A stretch of 64,000 bases of DNA from Callorhinchus milii. Its lineage: Eukaryota. The position numbers were made by a program, and so were the translations under genes. Each line of letters begins with the position of its first letter. Positions within the stretch are counted from its first letter, which is position 1. The stretch covers positions 86,368,001 to 86,432,000 of the forward strand of contig NW_024704743.1 in assembly GCF_018977255.1 (NCBI RefSeq). Direction: 5' to 3'. Under the pieces are notes generated by a model that worked only from the letters and a program-made list of their open reading frames with translations, had not been told where the DNA came from and did not search any database. Shown one piece after another: positions 1 through 13,540 of the stretch.

Positions 1-471
1 AGTGACACTGACTAGTGAGTCCTGTGTGTTTAACCAGTTCTCACTATCTGCCCCAAAATATATCAGTTATTATTATTTAACGCTGTAATTAGTTCGAGTT
101 CATAAGATCACCAGAGATTTCAGCTGATAAGGTCCATTGGCCCATTTGATCTCATACTTTCAGAATACCCACCTGACCATCCACCCATTAAGCTGTTTAT
201 TTAAAATGAGTTCAGTTTTCTTGAATTCCCTTCCTCACTCCCTTCGCCTCGTTCCCTTTCTTGCTATTTTCAGGTCCCTGCTGAAGACCCTTCTCTTCGA
301 CTGTTTGCCATCATAAACCTGTAATTTCTTGTTCTGTGGTGTCAGTGCATGTGAAAGTATTGATCTGGGTTTACTTTCTCAAAACACATTTGCAATTTAA
401 AGATTGGAGAACCAACTGAGAGAGAAAAATATGGGAAGAGAATTGACTTCAAAGAGGAAGAGATTACATGG

Positions 472-520
472 GGTGGGGGGGGGGGGGGAGAGAGAGAGAG
501 AAAGAGAGAATAACAGAGAG
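472..520. repeat. poly-G followed by (GA)n
   Basis: Directly visible. Confidence 0.9.
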
Positions 521-671
521 AGGGTGAAAGGGATGGAAATTCAGGTCAAGGCCAGACCATAACTAAACAATAGGGTGGGAGTGACTTGCCCATTCCCGGA
601 CCATGGCTTCCACTGGAGTAACCAACCACAGAGTGTAGCCTTTCAGTAGCTTTCAGAGGGAAATTAACTTT

Positions 672-880
672 TGGCTGAAAGCACGGTCAAAAAGGTCTCA
701 AGGTGACTTTTAAGGGTAAATGACCAGAGGCGAGGAAGAAGGAACTCTGGAATGGATTTCCAGGGAACAAGAACATAATGTCTGGAAGCTATAAGATGGT
801 GGGGTGGATTGGGAGGAGAACAAGAAGCAGCACGGTGTATGCTGAGCAGAGAGAATGGCAATGAACCCTGCACATATCGC
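672..880 (-). mobile_element. Degenerate L2 LINE 3' fragment
   Basis: Minus strand reads LPRLWSF..LKSHLETFL, resembling the L2 ORF2 C-terminus seen in better copies in this window. Confidence 0.55.
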
Positions 881-1488
881 GACTGAAGGAGTAGTGGTTG
901 TTTGATGCAGAGGAGATACTTCTGCTTTTTGAGGTTCGGAGTTAAGGTGCGTTACCAGGACAGTGAAAGGGAAATTCAGCATTGTGAGTGACTTGCACCA
1001 TACCTGATCTGGAAGTGTTTTAGGCTGTCATTTAACACCTCATTTTCCTGCACTCTTATCTCTTGCTTGATGAGCGTGTACAAAAATAAAATAGTTAATT
1101 TGATCCTCCATTCAATGACCAGCATGTTTTACTTTGATACCAGTATGGATACCTGACTGAACATTCCTGAGAAACTGCAAAACGATGATTGAAACATGAT
1201 GATTATCTTGACTTTATAAACACATGTCAGTAGGTTCTGATTTAGTGTCACATTACATATATGTTTAACAGATCCTTGGGACGTCCTCCCAATGTGAAAA
1301 GTGAATTTGTTGTTCTTGTTGTTGTTATTGGTTATATGGTAAAATGGTATTTAACATGAGTGAAAATGCTGGATTTCAGCACCATGGAAACCCAAGCAAT
1401 AATGTATGGAGAAGGCAGCTGTCAATCGTGGTCATTTTGATCAATCAGAATAGACGCTATAGGCCAGCAGAAAAAAGCAAGCCCAGCC

Positions 1489-1600
1489 AATAACAACAAC
1501 ACATTACATTTGTATAGTGCCTTTCACATCAGAAGGATGTCCCAAGGCCCTGGACAGTTGGTGGTTGGGATCAGGAGGGGTGGAGCTCCAACAGGGCATG
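1489..1600 (-). mobile_element. L2 LINE 3' tail
   Basis: (caa)n followed by gtgcctttcacatcagaaggatgtcccaaggccctggacag. Confidence 0.65.
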
Positions 1601-3444
1601 TCATGGCAAAGGGCAAGCAGCCTCCAACTGTGCTCTGGATTGAGAGCAGGGTTGGTCTGGTGTGTCGTTCGAAAGAAAAATAAGGAGAAGACTGCAAAGT
1701 TTTGACTGAATGGTGGTAGATGTTTGTTAAGTTAATATACATGTAATCATAAATGTAAAGTACATTTACCTGTATTGTGTGAGTGTATGTAAGGTGTTTG
1801 TTTACTAAAAGTAGTGCATGTGATTAAACTGGTGTTGCGTAGTCACATTTATGGCTAGTCAGTGATTTATATTGGACAACACTGCTGAGAAAGTTGGAGA
1901 GAGGGAAACCAACTTCCAAATGAAATCTAAATTTAATGTAGCCATGAAAGGGGAAGATATTAGCTGGTGATACATACCTCTCCCCCCACCCCTTCCTCAA
2001 ATGCCTTATTATTGATCTTGACTTTTGCTGGTGTCTTGAATTACATATCTTGGCCTTTCACTGGATGTGAAAGACACTATTACCAGAACATTTAATATGC
2101 TAATGCTCTTGAGAATGACTTAAACTGGTCTTTAGCTGATTACATTAACATGGCATCTTACTAAGTTTTATTTCCTATGTGCTCTTCTATCCACATACAA
2201 CAACTTTAACAACAATAGTTTATTTTTCACATAGTTGACTGAGAGACAATGTTGGGGGAGGGGGAGCTGAGGAGTATATGAGCGAGAGGGAAGGTTACCA
2301 AAAACATGGTTGAAAAGATAGGTCTTAAGGTGGCTTTAAAGGCCGGGGTGGGGTGGGGGGAATGCTGTTGCCAGCTATTATTTTCCTCCATCATGATTGC
2401 AGTCAAATCAATATTAATTTGGAAACCAGTTTCTTGTTACGAAGCATAAAGAAAAATGTTTTCTAAATTAAGACTAAATTGAGAATTTTTTCCTGTTAAG
2501 CTCAATATTACATTTTAAGACTAAATGGTCTTAGTGAGTAAGACATGGTGTAATTATGGAACCTATATGCAGGCTTGGTCTACTACAAGAAGAAACTAAG
2601 TGTCTCAATAACAGGATGGTAAAGGTCTTCACGTCAGTTCTAGAGAGAATCCTTATCTAGATGTCACTTGAGCTTAAGATGCACTCTGTCAGTTCAATAA
2701 CAGTAGCTGCACCTTGTGGTTGTGGATTTTTTGTGTCACACATGTTAAGAATTGGAAAAAGCAACCAAAACAAACCATTAAACTATCAAATTAGCCAAAG
2801 AAAAAGAGATGAAAATGAAAAATGTGTAAACACCATCAGATTAAAACAGAAATTATTACAAGGATGTACTTCAAATAACAGCAGTGATAATGAATGTTCA
2901 AGTTAGAATTTAAACCACAACTGCACTCCTTTCAAACATCTGGACAAGTGATATCAATGAATCACCATAAATCTCTAAAACCAGCCATGCACAAATTCAT
3001 AGTGTGAATTTCTCGCCAATGAAACCTCGTTTTAGTTTAGTTTTCCAACATCACTCACCATTTTGTCAGATTGTTTAGGTAACATATGTTCAAAAGAATA
3101 TGCAATCACCATGCGTAAATGTATAAAAGAGATAAAACAGTTTGTACAAAATTAATAGGAAAGGAGTAAAGTAAATCATGTATGTATTTCCGAAAATAAT
3201 ATTTTTGCTCACATTTAATGGCATTGATGTGGTTTCTTGACATGCTTTGATGTCTGATTTTCTTTTGTGTGATATCACTTCCTGGGGTTCACTAAGCACA
3301 GCTGTAATAATTCTCTTTTGGCATCTTTTTGCAATGAGGGTTGGAATGAAGTTAAGGGATGATTTCAGAGATGAATATGTTTTAAATACATTACTATGCA
3401 AGTCATGCTCCCACAGTGATATAGAACTAGTAGCCAACATCTTC

Positions 3445-3710
3445 ATTGCATTGTTGAAAGTGTTGTCCTTTGGATGAGATGTTAAACTGCCTATTTAGAT
3501 GGATGTTAAAGATCCCATGGCACTATTAAAAAGAGAATGGAGTTTTTCCAGCCAACACTGCTCCTAGATTTAATCATTCACCTATTTGAGGGATACTGCT
3601 GGGATGTGCAAATTGGCTGCTACCCGCAAATATACTTTACAGAAAATAACTTGAAACACCTTGAGATGTTCTCCTGACATGAATCACATCATATCAATTC
3701 AATTATTAAA
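3445..3710 (+). mobile_element. Old Deu-domain (SacSINE1-like) SINE fragment
   Basis: ggatgagatgttaaac...aaagatcccatggcacta...gtgcaaattggctgc motifs. Confidence 0.7.
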
Positions 3711-4099
3711 ACTATTGTCATGAATTTATAGTTTTGCATAATTTTGGAAAATTCTTAAATTAACATAATTTTTAAGACTATGGTCTTAAGGGTAAGAGCA
3801 TGAGACGTTTGGGACTTTTGGGAGCTCATAATCTAGGCCAGCTCATAATCTTGGTCGATTGTGGCTAGCTGGTCTTCTCATACATGATCAAAAAGATAAG
3901 AAGGAGCGATAGTCGAGTTTAGACCAATTGAAAACAAAGCCAGATGCACAAAGTATTTTGTGCAGCTCAAAATAAAAATATAAATGTCATTGTTTGAACT
4001 GCTGTAAGTATTGCTTCTTCCTCTTGTTTATATTGAGCATGTGCGAGAGGACACTAGCGGTGATTGACTGGTTGGAGGCTGGTCTTGGCTTATACTTCA

Positions 4100-4430
4100 G
4101 TTTAGTGCTAGCAGAGTGCTGCATTGTCAGAGTGCCATCCTTTGGATGAACTATTAATCCGAGGTGCTTCCTGCCTGTTTAGCTGAACCCATTAAACCCG
4201 TTAAAGATCCTATTGCAATATTCAAACAGAAAAGAGAATTTCTCCCAATTTCCTCGCCAATAACCCTCAAGATAAAATTATTCACTTCATGGCTGTTTGT
4301 AGACATGGCTGTGAGCAAGTTGGCTGATGCCTTTTCCTGCAGATACACTGCACTTTCAGTAAATCCTGTGAAGCACTTTGAGATGTTTTAACAATGTGAT
4401 AAGCCATTATATAAAAAACAAGATTATTCT
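4100..4430 (+). mobile_element. Old Deu-domain (SacSINE1-like) SINE
   Basis: gtgctgcattgtcag...taaagatcc...ggctgtttgt...gtgaagcactttgagatg. Confidence 0.7.
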
Positions 4431-4699
4431 TATTTTTATTTGTTTTGGGCCTCTGAATAGATCAGCAGTGAATGAGAGCTGAAGCTCCTTGTGTTTTAAA
4501 GACATGAAATTCCCAGTTTAAGAGGTTTGCTATTGCTAGCATATCACTTGAGCAAATTCTATTGTGTGATACAAATAAAGAATGCGTGGCCTGCACTGAT
4601 GATTAAAACAAGCCTTAAAATAAATAGTTTGATATCAGTTAATCCTTAGTACATGCCCTATTTATACAATATCTGGTGATAGCCTGCTTCAAAACCCCC

Positions 4700-4950
4700 A
4701 CCCTAACCAATATATCATCGGCGGGCAACTTTTCAGCCTTCCTGCCACATTCTTTGAAACTCTATCCTGGAGTCTCTCTGACCGGTTCCCTCCCTCATCT
4801 CTTTCAAGGTTAGTCTCAAAACCTACCTCTTTGACAGCACTTTCAGTCAGCTTTCCCTCCCCACCCCCAGCTTTGATGCCTAACCAATATTTTTAAGTGC
4901 TTTGGGACATCTTTCCAATGAGGTATATAAATATAAATTTGTATCGTATT
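4700..4950 (+). mobile_element. Degenerate L2 3' fragment
   Basis: ttcaaggttagtctcaaaacctacctctttgac and tail gctttgggacatctttcc. Confidence 0.6.
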
Positions 4951-6207
4951 ATATATGTCTGAAAAGCCCATTGTGCGATAAATTTCTTGCTTGTGACTTG
5001 ATGGTCATTGTGGTTGATAGTTATCGTAAGAATTTGAAGTACTTTTTGATGATTGTTTAGGACTGAACCGAATACCCCTCAACAACGAAAGAATGGATTC
5101 TTCACCCACACTCCCACCCATTCCCTTCCATTGCCGACACCTTGAAGTTTAAAGATGCAACATTCAAGAAAATGTTTTGTAGGCTGCCAGAGAGAGCATG
5201 GCCTTCATCGCCAGATCTACAACTAAAACGTGACATTAAAAAGCTGTTCCAGCATCTAGAAGTTAAACAAAAAGGTTCTTGTATCATTAAATTCAAGAGG
5301 GCAGCAATAATGCATTGGAATGTTAGCTTTCACTGTGAGTTGTGGGAAAGGTTTCAGAGTGATCCACTGGTGGCTGGTAAATCCATGCTTGTGTTTCAAT
5401 ATTCTGCTGTACAATTAGAGACTGAGACTACAAATGGTCCTGACCCATGTTTTATGGCCTGAAGGTGCTTTCCTCTGTGAAAGTGAGCACTGTCTATCTT
5501 AATTCTCACTCCTTCCTGTCTCTGAAAGGGTCTATGTTTCTGTACTGGTTGGTTACATTATGCAGAAATCTGGCACACTGCACCTCTGGCACTCGTCTCA
5601 TTAGTTTCCAAAAGTAATTTCTAGGAAGCAGTGTTCTGCTGCTTTCTGTCAGATCAGGACAGGACATATACATGGCTCGGCTGTGCATTGCGTTGTTCAC
5701 TATATGATTTTAGCACAGTAAAAAAAAGTAGGTTCTACAATGATATTTCTCAGATTTTGAATCGAAGTTTGAAAAACAGTCAAGAGCTTTGTGTTTTTCT
5801 CTATTTGTTTTGTGCAAAATAGGCCTGCAACAAGTTGTTTCACCTATTTGCACGTGTCAAAGAAGTCTAACTCGCGATATTTGCAGATGGGACAAGAAGT
5901 GCTAATTTGGTGGTAAACTGCGATAGAGACAGTGATAGAAATGCCATCTCCTGTCTCCTCATTGCAGTTTGTTTCTCCCCAACCTTGGTGGAAAAGCTTA
6001 GAGACATTTTACCCGTGCTGCCTGGAACTCCGCCCTAGAATCCCTCTGCCTCCTAATTCATGCTTAGTGAAGTTAACTACAAGCTGTTTTCGACCTTGGG
6101 AGTGGACTTTCAAGGACAGCTTCATAGGATAGTAATGGAGTTGTTGTTTTCCTGACAACTGACTTTGGAAGGCCCTAATCTAAGATTCAAAACTGGTGGT
6201 CACGGGT

Positions 6208-6610
6208 GTCAGCCTGACTGAGTTGGTAACACTCTTTCCCCTGAGTCAGATGTTCGTGGGTTCAAGCCCTGTTTTGGAGACTTTGAGCTCACAGTTTAGG
6301 TTTGTACTACCCTACAGTACTGAGGGTGCACTACATTATCACAGGTGTCGTGCTGCAGATTAGATATAATCGACTTCCTGCATGCCGGTGTGATGTCAAA
6401 GATCCGATGATGCTTTTGAAAAGAGCCCTGTTTCCTGGCTAACAATGATGCAGGTAAATATGTCATTCCTTTTGGGGCTACTTGTGAGACTCCGTTGTGT
6501 GCAAATTGACTGCTAGGATTACCTACAAATGAAGTCACATTATAGCAATTCCCTTTGAAACATTTGGAAATTATAGGTGCTTTGTCAAATGCAAGGATGC
6601 TTATTATTAT
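6208..6610 (+). mobile_element. Old SacSINE1-like SINE, near full length
   Basis: Head gtcagcctgactgagttggtaacactct..ctgagtcaga..gggttcaagccc, body motifs, tail aaatgcaagg. Confidence 0.7.
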
Positions 6611-7667
6611 GATGGAACATCAATAATGTTGATGGCCAGCTCCAGCTTTATCATTTGCAGACGTCACCTTTACAGACATAATTCGATAATTAGGTCTGTG
6701 GGCAGTGAATTCATGCAGCAAACACTTAAACAAGCATCAGAATGGATTTCCAAATGGTGGGTGGGACCTTATTAAGAAATTATGTTAGAAATCACTACAT
6801 ATTTAAATCTGATTTTTCAATGGGAAAAAATACCTGAAAAGCTTCTTATTTGAAATTAAACCCATTTCAGCCACCCTGATTAAAAGAATGGCTTTGGTGT
6901 CTGATCTGTTCCATGATAACTCAGGTTGTGTTTTTTTCTCATGACAATATTGTAAACGCTATATTATAAATATTGTGAATTTTTAATGTTGAGGTAATTT
7001 TCTATTGAAACTATAACAGTCTGGATAAGCTGCAGTGCCTATCAATAGCTTTGTTGTAAATCCTCGTTGTGCAAAATCGGTTGTTGCTGTAAGAATAACT
7101 GTACTATTTTTACAGCAGTTAGATACAGAATCCCTAGCTGATTAAGGAAATACCAACTATCAAAGGAGTTCAGCGGTGTAATTTATTTTCCTTGCTCTGA
7201 TACCCATAAGGTCTCACAGGATCTGTCAATGTGACCTGCCCGAATGTTTACATTGACCTACATGTTCTTTGAGGTGAAGTGGAGAATGCAGGGGGCCAGA
7301 AATACTCACCAAGGTGCATCGCGTTTCAAGCGTGCTTGATTTGATCTGCTATCTTCTGACAATAATTCTCGTGCACCAATAACTAACTGCATTTCTTAGC
7401 TTATACATGACATAATCACTGAGGTGCAATTTTGGTCTAAACCAGCAACATTTGGATGAGGTCTCTTATAATGGCGAGAGCCACACTGGTTAAAAGAAAT
7501 GAAAGATTGTCAAAAAAGTTCAGGGACACCCGCGCTTTCAATTATTGTGAACAGATGCATTTTTTGCAGTATTGGTGAGTGATAAACCATCATATGAACT
7601 TCATCCAATTGTCAGCACAACCCTTTCACAGCCCGATCCATAACAGTTTCTATTACTGTCTTGTCCT

Positions 7668-7984
7668 GGAGTCCTGTAGCTCAGTGGTTAGAGCACTCGC
7701 TTTGCAAGTGAGAGACCTGAGTTCAATTCCAGGCAGGGCGAAACCTTGGGCAAGTTTCCTTACTCCACAAGCCTAATAATAATCCCTCCAAAAAAACAAA
7801 ACAATAATAAATTGGTCATTTTCAATCCATGACTGTTTGTGGGACATTGCTGTGCGCAATTGGCTGCCGCGTTCGCCCACAAATATACAGTCAATTCACT
7901 TTACAGTATATTCTGTGAAGCGCTTTGGACGTCTAGAAGACGTGAAAAACGCTATATCAAATGCAAGGATTATTATTATTATTA
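7668..7984 (+). mobile_element. Young tRNA-derived SINE, full length, short variant
   Basis: Head ggagtcctgtagctcagtggttagagc (A box), gagttcaattcc (B box), Deu-like ctgtttgtgggacattgctgtgcgcaattggctgccgcg, tail (att)n; near-identical to 54651-54965 and 55729-56039. Confidence 0.9.
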
Positions 7985-8579
7985 CGCCTGCTGCAAACGA
8001 GACCAAAAGAGATTCACTTGCTGCCGTGAATGTGGATTTGGCTAGACACTTTTAAGCTATCTTTTTCATACAAAGTCTCAGCAATGGTACAACAACAATT
8101 TACCTTTATGTAGCACCTTTCACATCTCAAAGTGCTTCCCTCAGCTGACTGGGAGCCTTAGATGGGGTTACCCTCTGGAAAGAAGCATTGACACCTGTCA
8201 TAATTTTTTTAATAGTACTGTTCTGATTTAATGTTTTTATCTCATTTAAAACATAAATAATTCCGTATTGTACCTCTTAAATACCTCTCTGCTGAGACCT
8301 TTCTTTTCAGGAATGCAGAGCCTGGCCTTATCTAATTGTTAGCCTTACATATTTTTGTAATCATTGGCCTTTCCAAAACGATACAACCTATTCAGACTAG
8401 AGATTCCAGTAAGTTCAGCACCTTCCAGTGAGTATCTAATGTGGAACGATTCACCAAACTCTTTCTGCAACAATATTCTCCACAGAAGCTATTATCAGAG
8501 CATTGAATTGTGAATCACTTATTAGGACTTTCAGATACATGCAAATAGTGTTGACATTGTACCATTGTAGTTAGCAGTC

Positions 8580-8770
8580 GTGTCCTGGCCAGCAATATTC
8601 CAGAATATTGATTATTTACTTCAGCCCCGGTGTGGGCTATTACTGTTTGTAAATCGGATGCTGCAGTTGCCCACAAATAGAGTGTCTCCACTCTGGACCC
8701 AATTATCTGTGAAACACGTTGGGACATCTTGCCATTACGGATGCTATATCAAATGCATGGACTATTATAT
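8580..8770 (+). mobile_element. Old Deu-SINE 3' part
   Basis: tgtcctggcc...tatatcaaatgca; lies tail to tail with the next SINE. Confidence 0.6.
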
Positions 8771-8771
8771 T

Positions 8772-9047
8772 ATAATAATAATAATCCTTGCATTTGACAT
8801 AGTGCCTTCTCATGTCTTCAAGACTTATGAAAGTGCTTCAAAGAATATACTGTAAAGTGAATTGACTGTATATTTTGTGGGTGAAACATGGCAGCCAATT
8901 GCACACAGCAGTGTCCCACAAACAGTCGTGGATTGAGTGAGCAAATTTTTTTTTACAAATTTTTTTTTGAAGGAATTATTATCCCCGGAAAAGCAATCCA
9001 CCAATCAACTAACAACCGGGTTCCTACTTATTACTAGGTAAACAGAC
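8772..9047 (-). mobile_element. tRNA-SINE, long variant, 5'-truncated
   Basis: aataatccttgcatttga...cccacaaacagtcgtggattg...ttcctacttattactaggtaaacaga. Confidence 0.85.
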
Positions 9048-9734
9048 AATCTTGATGTCTTTTCCAAGCCATATTCTTCTGGTTGCACTTGGCCGGCCAA
9101 AGTAATAATTCAATAAATTCACATGCAGTGGCACTGACATAGGGAAGTAAATCCATGATTTGAAGAGCAGAGCTATTGGCAATCGGGAGAAGGCAATCTG
9201 AGGACTGTGGATTGCGGCCCAGTAGGAAATGGCAAATGTGTGAAGTTTGGTATGGAAATGGAGCCTGGGAGCTGATATGTGAAGCTGAATACCTTAGACT
9301 GAAAGAATCTTCGGGTGAATTATTGTTCTGTCTCATACTCAGTATACAAATGATGACTTATTGCTGTGCTTGAAATCCCTCGGTGAGATGCAGGATATGA
9401 AATTTTGAAGACAATAAGTAGTTTAGGAACCAGAAAAGACAGAACCACTCATCTAGCTTTTTCACGTTATAATCCCTATTCTTGGATCATTTCCACAGTC
9501 AGTCATTTTTATCCTGGATTAGAGCGAGACTTTCCACTTGTGCTCAGTCTATTGTATTTCAGACTAGATGTGCACAGTTTAAGTCCTATGGATCAAATTT
9601 GTCCTACCTGATTGTTTGTGCCAAGGTTTGCAACACTTTTTTTATTATTTAGAGGAAGCAAAGATCTCTAAGGACAAAAATGCTGTCATCTAATGTGGGC
9701 ATTTCTCAGTCAATATAGACAATAAATACAACAC

Positions 9735-10392
9735 AGTGCAAAATTACATTAAAGCGCCTTTCACGTCAGGAGAATGTCCTAATGCGCTGAACAGTCAGAG
9801 ATTAATAATAATAATAATCCTTGCATTTGATATAGCGCTTTTCAGGATATACTATAAAGTGAATTGACTGCAAATTATGTGGGCGAAAGAGGACCCAAGC
9901 AGTAGGGGGTGGGGGTGTGTGAGTTGGGTTCAGGGAAGATGGAGGGCAGAGAGGGTAAGAGGGTGGCTGAAAGCAAGATCAAAGAGGAAGGTCTTGAGGT
10001 GTGCCTTGTAGAAGGCAAGGGAGGGAGCAAGGTGAAGGAAGTGTGGGATGGAGTTCCAGAGAGTGGGGGCAGAGAGGCTGAAGGCCCGACCAATGATGGT
10101 GGGGTGAGCCGGGCGGGGGACATGGAGCAGGCCGGAGCCTGCTGAACAGAGGGAGCGGAGAGGTTGATAAGTAGTTAGCAGGTCAGAGAGGTAGGAGGGA
10201 GCAAGGCCGTGGAGAGCCTTGAAGGTGAAGACGAGGATTTTGAACTCGATCCTCTGAAGGATGCGGAGCCAATGGAGTCAAGCGAGGGTGGGCATGATGG
10301 GGTCACGGAGCTTGGTGAGGGAGAGGACACGAGCTGTAGAGTTCTGGATGATCTGCAGTCTATGGAGGGAGGAGTTGGGGAAGTCGACAAGC
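9735..10392 (-). mobile_element. L2 LINE 3' fragment with a nested SINE tail (9803-9888)
   Basis: gcgcctttcacgtcaggag tail and ORF2 C-terminal remnants; interrupted by aataatccttgcatttgatatagcgc. Confidence 0.85.
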
Positions 10393-10509
10393 ATGATTGT
10401 TTGAGATTTTTTTAAAAAACCTGTGGGTTGAAAAATATGATGTTTCATAACAAATTAAATCACATTATAAAATAAATAAAATTGAATATTTCATAAAAAT
10501 AACATATTT

Positions 10510-10935
10510 GATACAGGGCCTTGCATAACAGGAGGACATTTCAAAGTGCTTCACAGGATATATTGTAAAACATAATTACTATTTTTGTAGGCAAATTTGC
10601 ATACAACAGTATCCCATAAACCGCTAAGAAGAGACTGGTCAATTTTATTTGGGGAGATTGTTGGCCTTGACACCCAGAGAAACTCTCTTCACTTTTCAAA
10701 TAATGCCATATGACATTTAACATCCACCTGAACAGGCAGTCTGAATCTTGGTTATTGGAAGTGACATCCTTCAGAGGGATGTCACTTCCAATAATGCAGC
10801 ACCCCCCCACCCCAACCCCACACCCCCCAACACTGCAGCATAGAGTCATCTTATACTATGAGTTCAAAGACCTGACGTAGGGCTTAAACTCATAACCTTC
10901 GGACATAGAGGGGAGAATGTTTCTGACTGAGCCAG
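10510..10935 (-). mobile_element. Old SacSINE1-like SINE
   Basis: Reverse-complement motifs tgccatatgacatttaacatccacctgaacagg ... ctgactgagcca. Confidence 0.7.
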
Positions 10936-11636
10936 AATATCAACTCCATAACAGATTTAATGCCAAATTGAATCTCTTATGAATTATCACATTTTCACTC
11001 CAGTATTACAAACAGTGAAATTAATCTTGCACAACAATAACATCTAAGTTAAATGATGGCAAGTTTCAAGTAAATATAGACAAAAATGACGAAAGGTACC
11101 AGCAAGGATAACAATTTCTTATGCACCAACTCACCAGATCAATTCCAACCTGGTACACATGTTTTTTACCATAATGCTCCCTACAAATCTCTACATAGAT
11201 GTTCAACCACATAATGAATCGTTTTTTTTGCCCAGCTCTGATAATTGCCGATATGATGCATTAGATAGATTTTCCTAGCGCCTTGGATAGGTTGTGAACA
11301 GCAGATGAGCCTGTTGGCTCAGTAGAAACATGTACATTGTGGTATGCTACTAAGCCAGACAGACCAGAAGAGGGCCTGAGTTCAATTTCTGGTCTACAAG
11401 ATCTCATTGTAAGATCACACTGGTAAAATGAATACATTTACCAGTAGGTCTATGGTCAGATCATTCACTACTCAAGGCTGATACATTTACAGAAGTTCAG
11501 AAAAGTACATGGGATTTTGTTGCTGTTGGAGTCAGCTGACGTGAATGAGTGGAGGATGAGTGGAAAATGGAAATATTAGCCCACAAAACCATAAAACTTT
11601 ACACAGTGTTAGACTCGGATATTGGAAGGTGAAGCT

Positions 11637-12062
11637 AACAAAAACAACAAATCACATTTGTGTGTTGCCTTTCACATCAGACGGACATCCCTAGGTGCTG
11701 GACAGTTAAGGGTTTGTACCCAAGCTGGGGATTAGAATTAAGAGGGGTGGAGGTGGGGTGGGGGTGCGGGTGGTAGGGAGGGTGGCCAAAGGCATGGTCA
11801 AAGGTCTTGAGATGGGAAGGTCTTGAGATGCGATTTGTAGGAGGCAATGGAGGTGACAAGATGGAAGGATTCTGGGATGGAGTTCCAGAGGGTGGGGGCA
11901 GCAAAGCTGAAGGCCCGATCGCCAGTGGTGGGGTGGGCAGGGCAGCGTGGGTGCAAGGAGCAGGCCTGTGCCTGCTGAGCAGAGAGAACAGACAGGTTTG
12001 TAGGATGTTAATAGGTTGCAAAGGCAGGGAGGAGCGCAACTATGTTGGGCTTTAAAGGTGAA
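11637..12062 (-). mobile_element. L2 LINE 3' fragment
   Basis: (caa)n tail; ORF 11677..12039 contains LKTFDHAFG. Confidence 0.8.
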
Positions 12063-13129
12063 TATTTAGTCAGGATATTATTTAACAGTAGGATCAGATA
12101 AGGATGTGGATTTTAACATCACCGCAACCCTTCCACTCCACTATAGCAATAAAGCAGACTTGTTAGTTATCAGTTACTTTTCATTCTTGTCCCAAGTGTC
12201 TCCATTCCCAGCTCAACTCACCCAGGAGGCACAAGTCAGGAATTAACTGATAAGATACTTTCAATTCACAGTGTTAACTCTGTGATATGCATGAATCCAG
12301 ATGCTTCAGGCTCCATGTGTATCAAGGGACTTGTGCTTTCACCTCCAGTGTTGGAAAGACTAATCCTTCTAATCCCCAAATCATGACCTCCAGATCTTTT
12401 GAAGCATGTACACCTCACATCTCCATCTAAAATCCAACTACTCTATTGCTGCTTTATTTTCTCTACAGTAAAATACTCCTCTTATACACCCCTGCTACAT
12501 GGTACATAGATTAGAATATGTCTCCATTCCATACCAGGAGGCAATTGTAGTCCTTTGCTTTCTACTCTGATAAAACAAACTCACATTGCCAATGACAGCT
12601 ACTGACATCTGAACACTACTCAGTCCTGTTTGTTTGTTTGTTTGTTTGTCTGTTTCTAGGTTATTCTATGAAATAAAATACTCATCTGAGACATCCCTGG
12701 TGCTTGGTACATGGATTAGAATTTTTCTCTGTTCCTAGTAAGGTTAAATTTGCTGTATTCTTAAGTAACTTGCCGGAGAGAATTAAGAAACACTTTACTG
12801 ACTGGAAATGTCCTAATTACAGGATTAGGATTGCACACGAGAACATTTTAGGAGAAAAGTTCCTCAAACGTCTCATGGTCAGTTTACTCATTTTTTAAGT
12901 TTTTTTTTAATGAACACCATCTTTTTGTTTTAGAAAATTGCAAAAATGTCACTTTTAAAATGTTAATTATTTTCAGGCTAGTACCTGTTGATAAAGTACA
13001 TCATTATCTGATTCCCATTAAAACACTTCCCAATCCAAAGTCTTTTTCCAGATTCGGAAGTACTGCCAGCAGAACTTATGTTGTTTTCCTGTGCTGCTCA
13101 ATATAATATTGTCACATGTTGGGGTCTGC

Positions 13130-13540
13130 CTTGTTCAGTCATTAGCACTCTCTCCTCTGAGCAAGATGGTTGTGGGTTGAAGCCTCACATCGGGACATTG
13201 AGCTCAAAGTCTAGACTGATATTCCAATGCATTTTTGGAGGTGTCATCCTTCGGATAACACTTTAAATCGAACTCCCATCTCCCACCTGGAGATCCTATG
13301 GCACTATGCAAAAAGCACAGAGAGTTTCTCCCTGCGTCCTGGCCAACAATCCCCTACATAAAATTGATCATTCACTTTGTGGCTGTTGGTGGACATTCCT
13401 GTGTACAAATTGGATGCAGCAATTGAATACAAATACACAGTCACTACACTTTCAATAAATCCTATGACTTGTTTTGAAACTTTTCAACAATATAATGAAG
13501 ATAATAAATATCAAATGCAATTATTATCATTATAATAATA
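13130..13540 (+). mobile_element. Old SacSINE1-like SINE
   Basis: agcactctctcctctgagc..ggttgtgggttgaagcc..gatcctatggcacta..tatcaaatgcaa. Confidence 0.75.

Noticed and set aside
5142..5462. 106-aa ORF in repeat-free DNA
   Set aside because: Non-ATG start, no recognisable homology, no convincing splice context.
7668..7740. tRNA-like sequence with A/B boxes and a tgc anticodon-like loop
   Set aside because: It is the head of a multi-copy SINE and continues into SINE body and tail, so it is not a tRNA gene.
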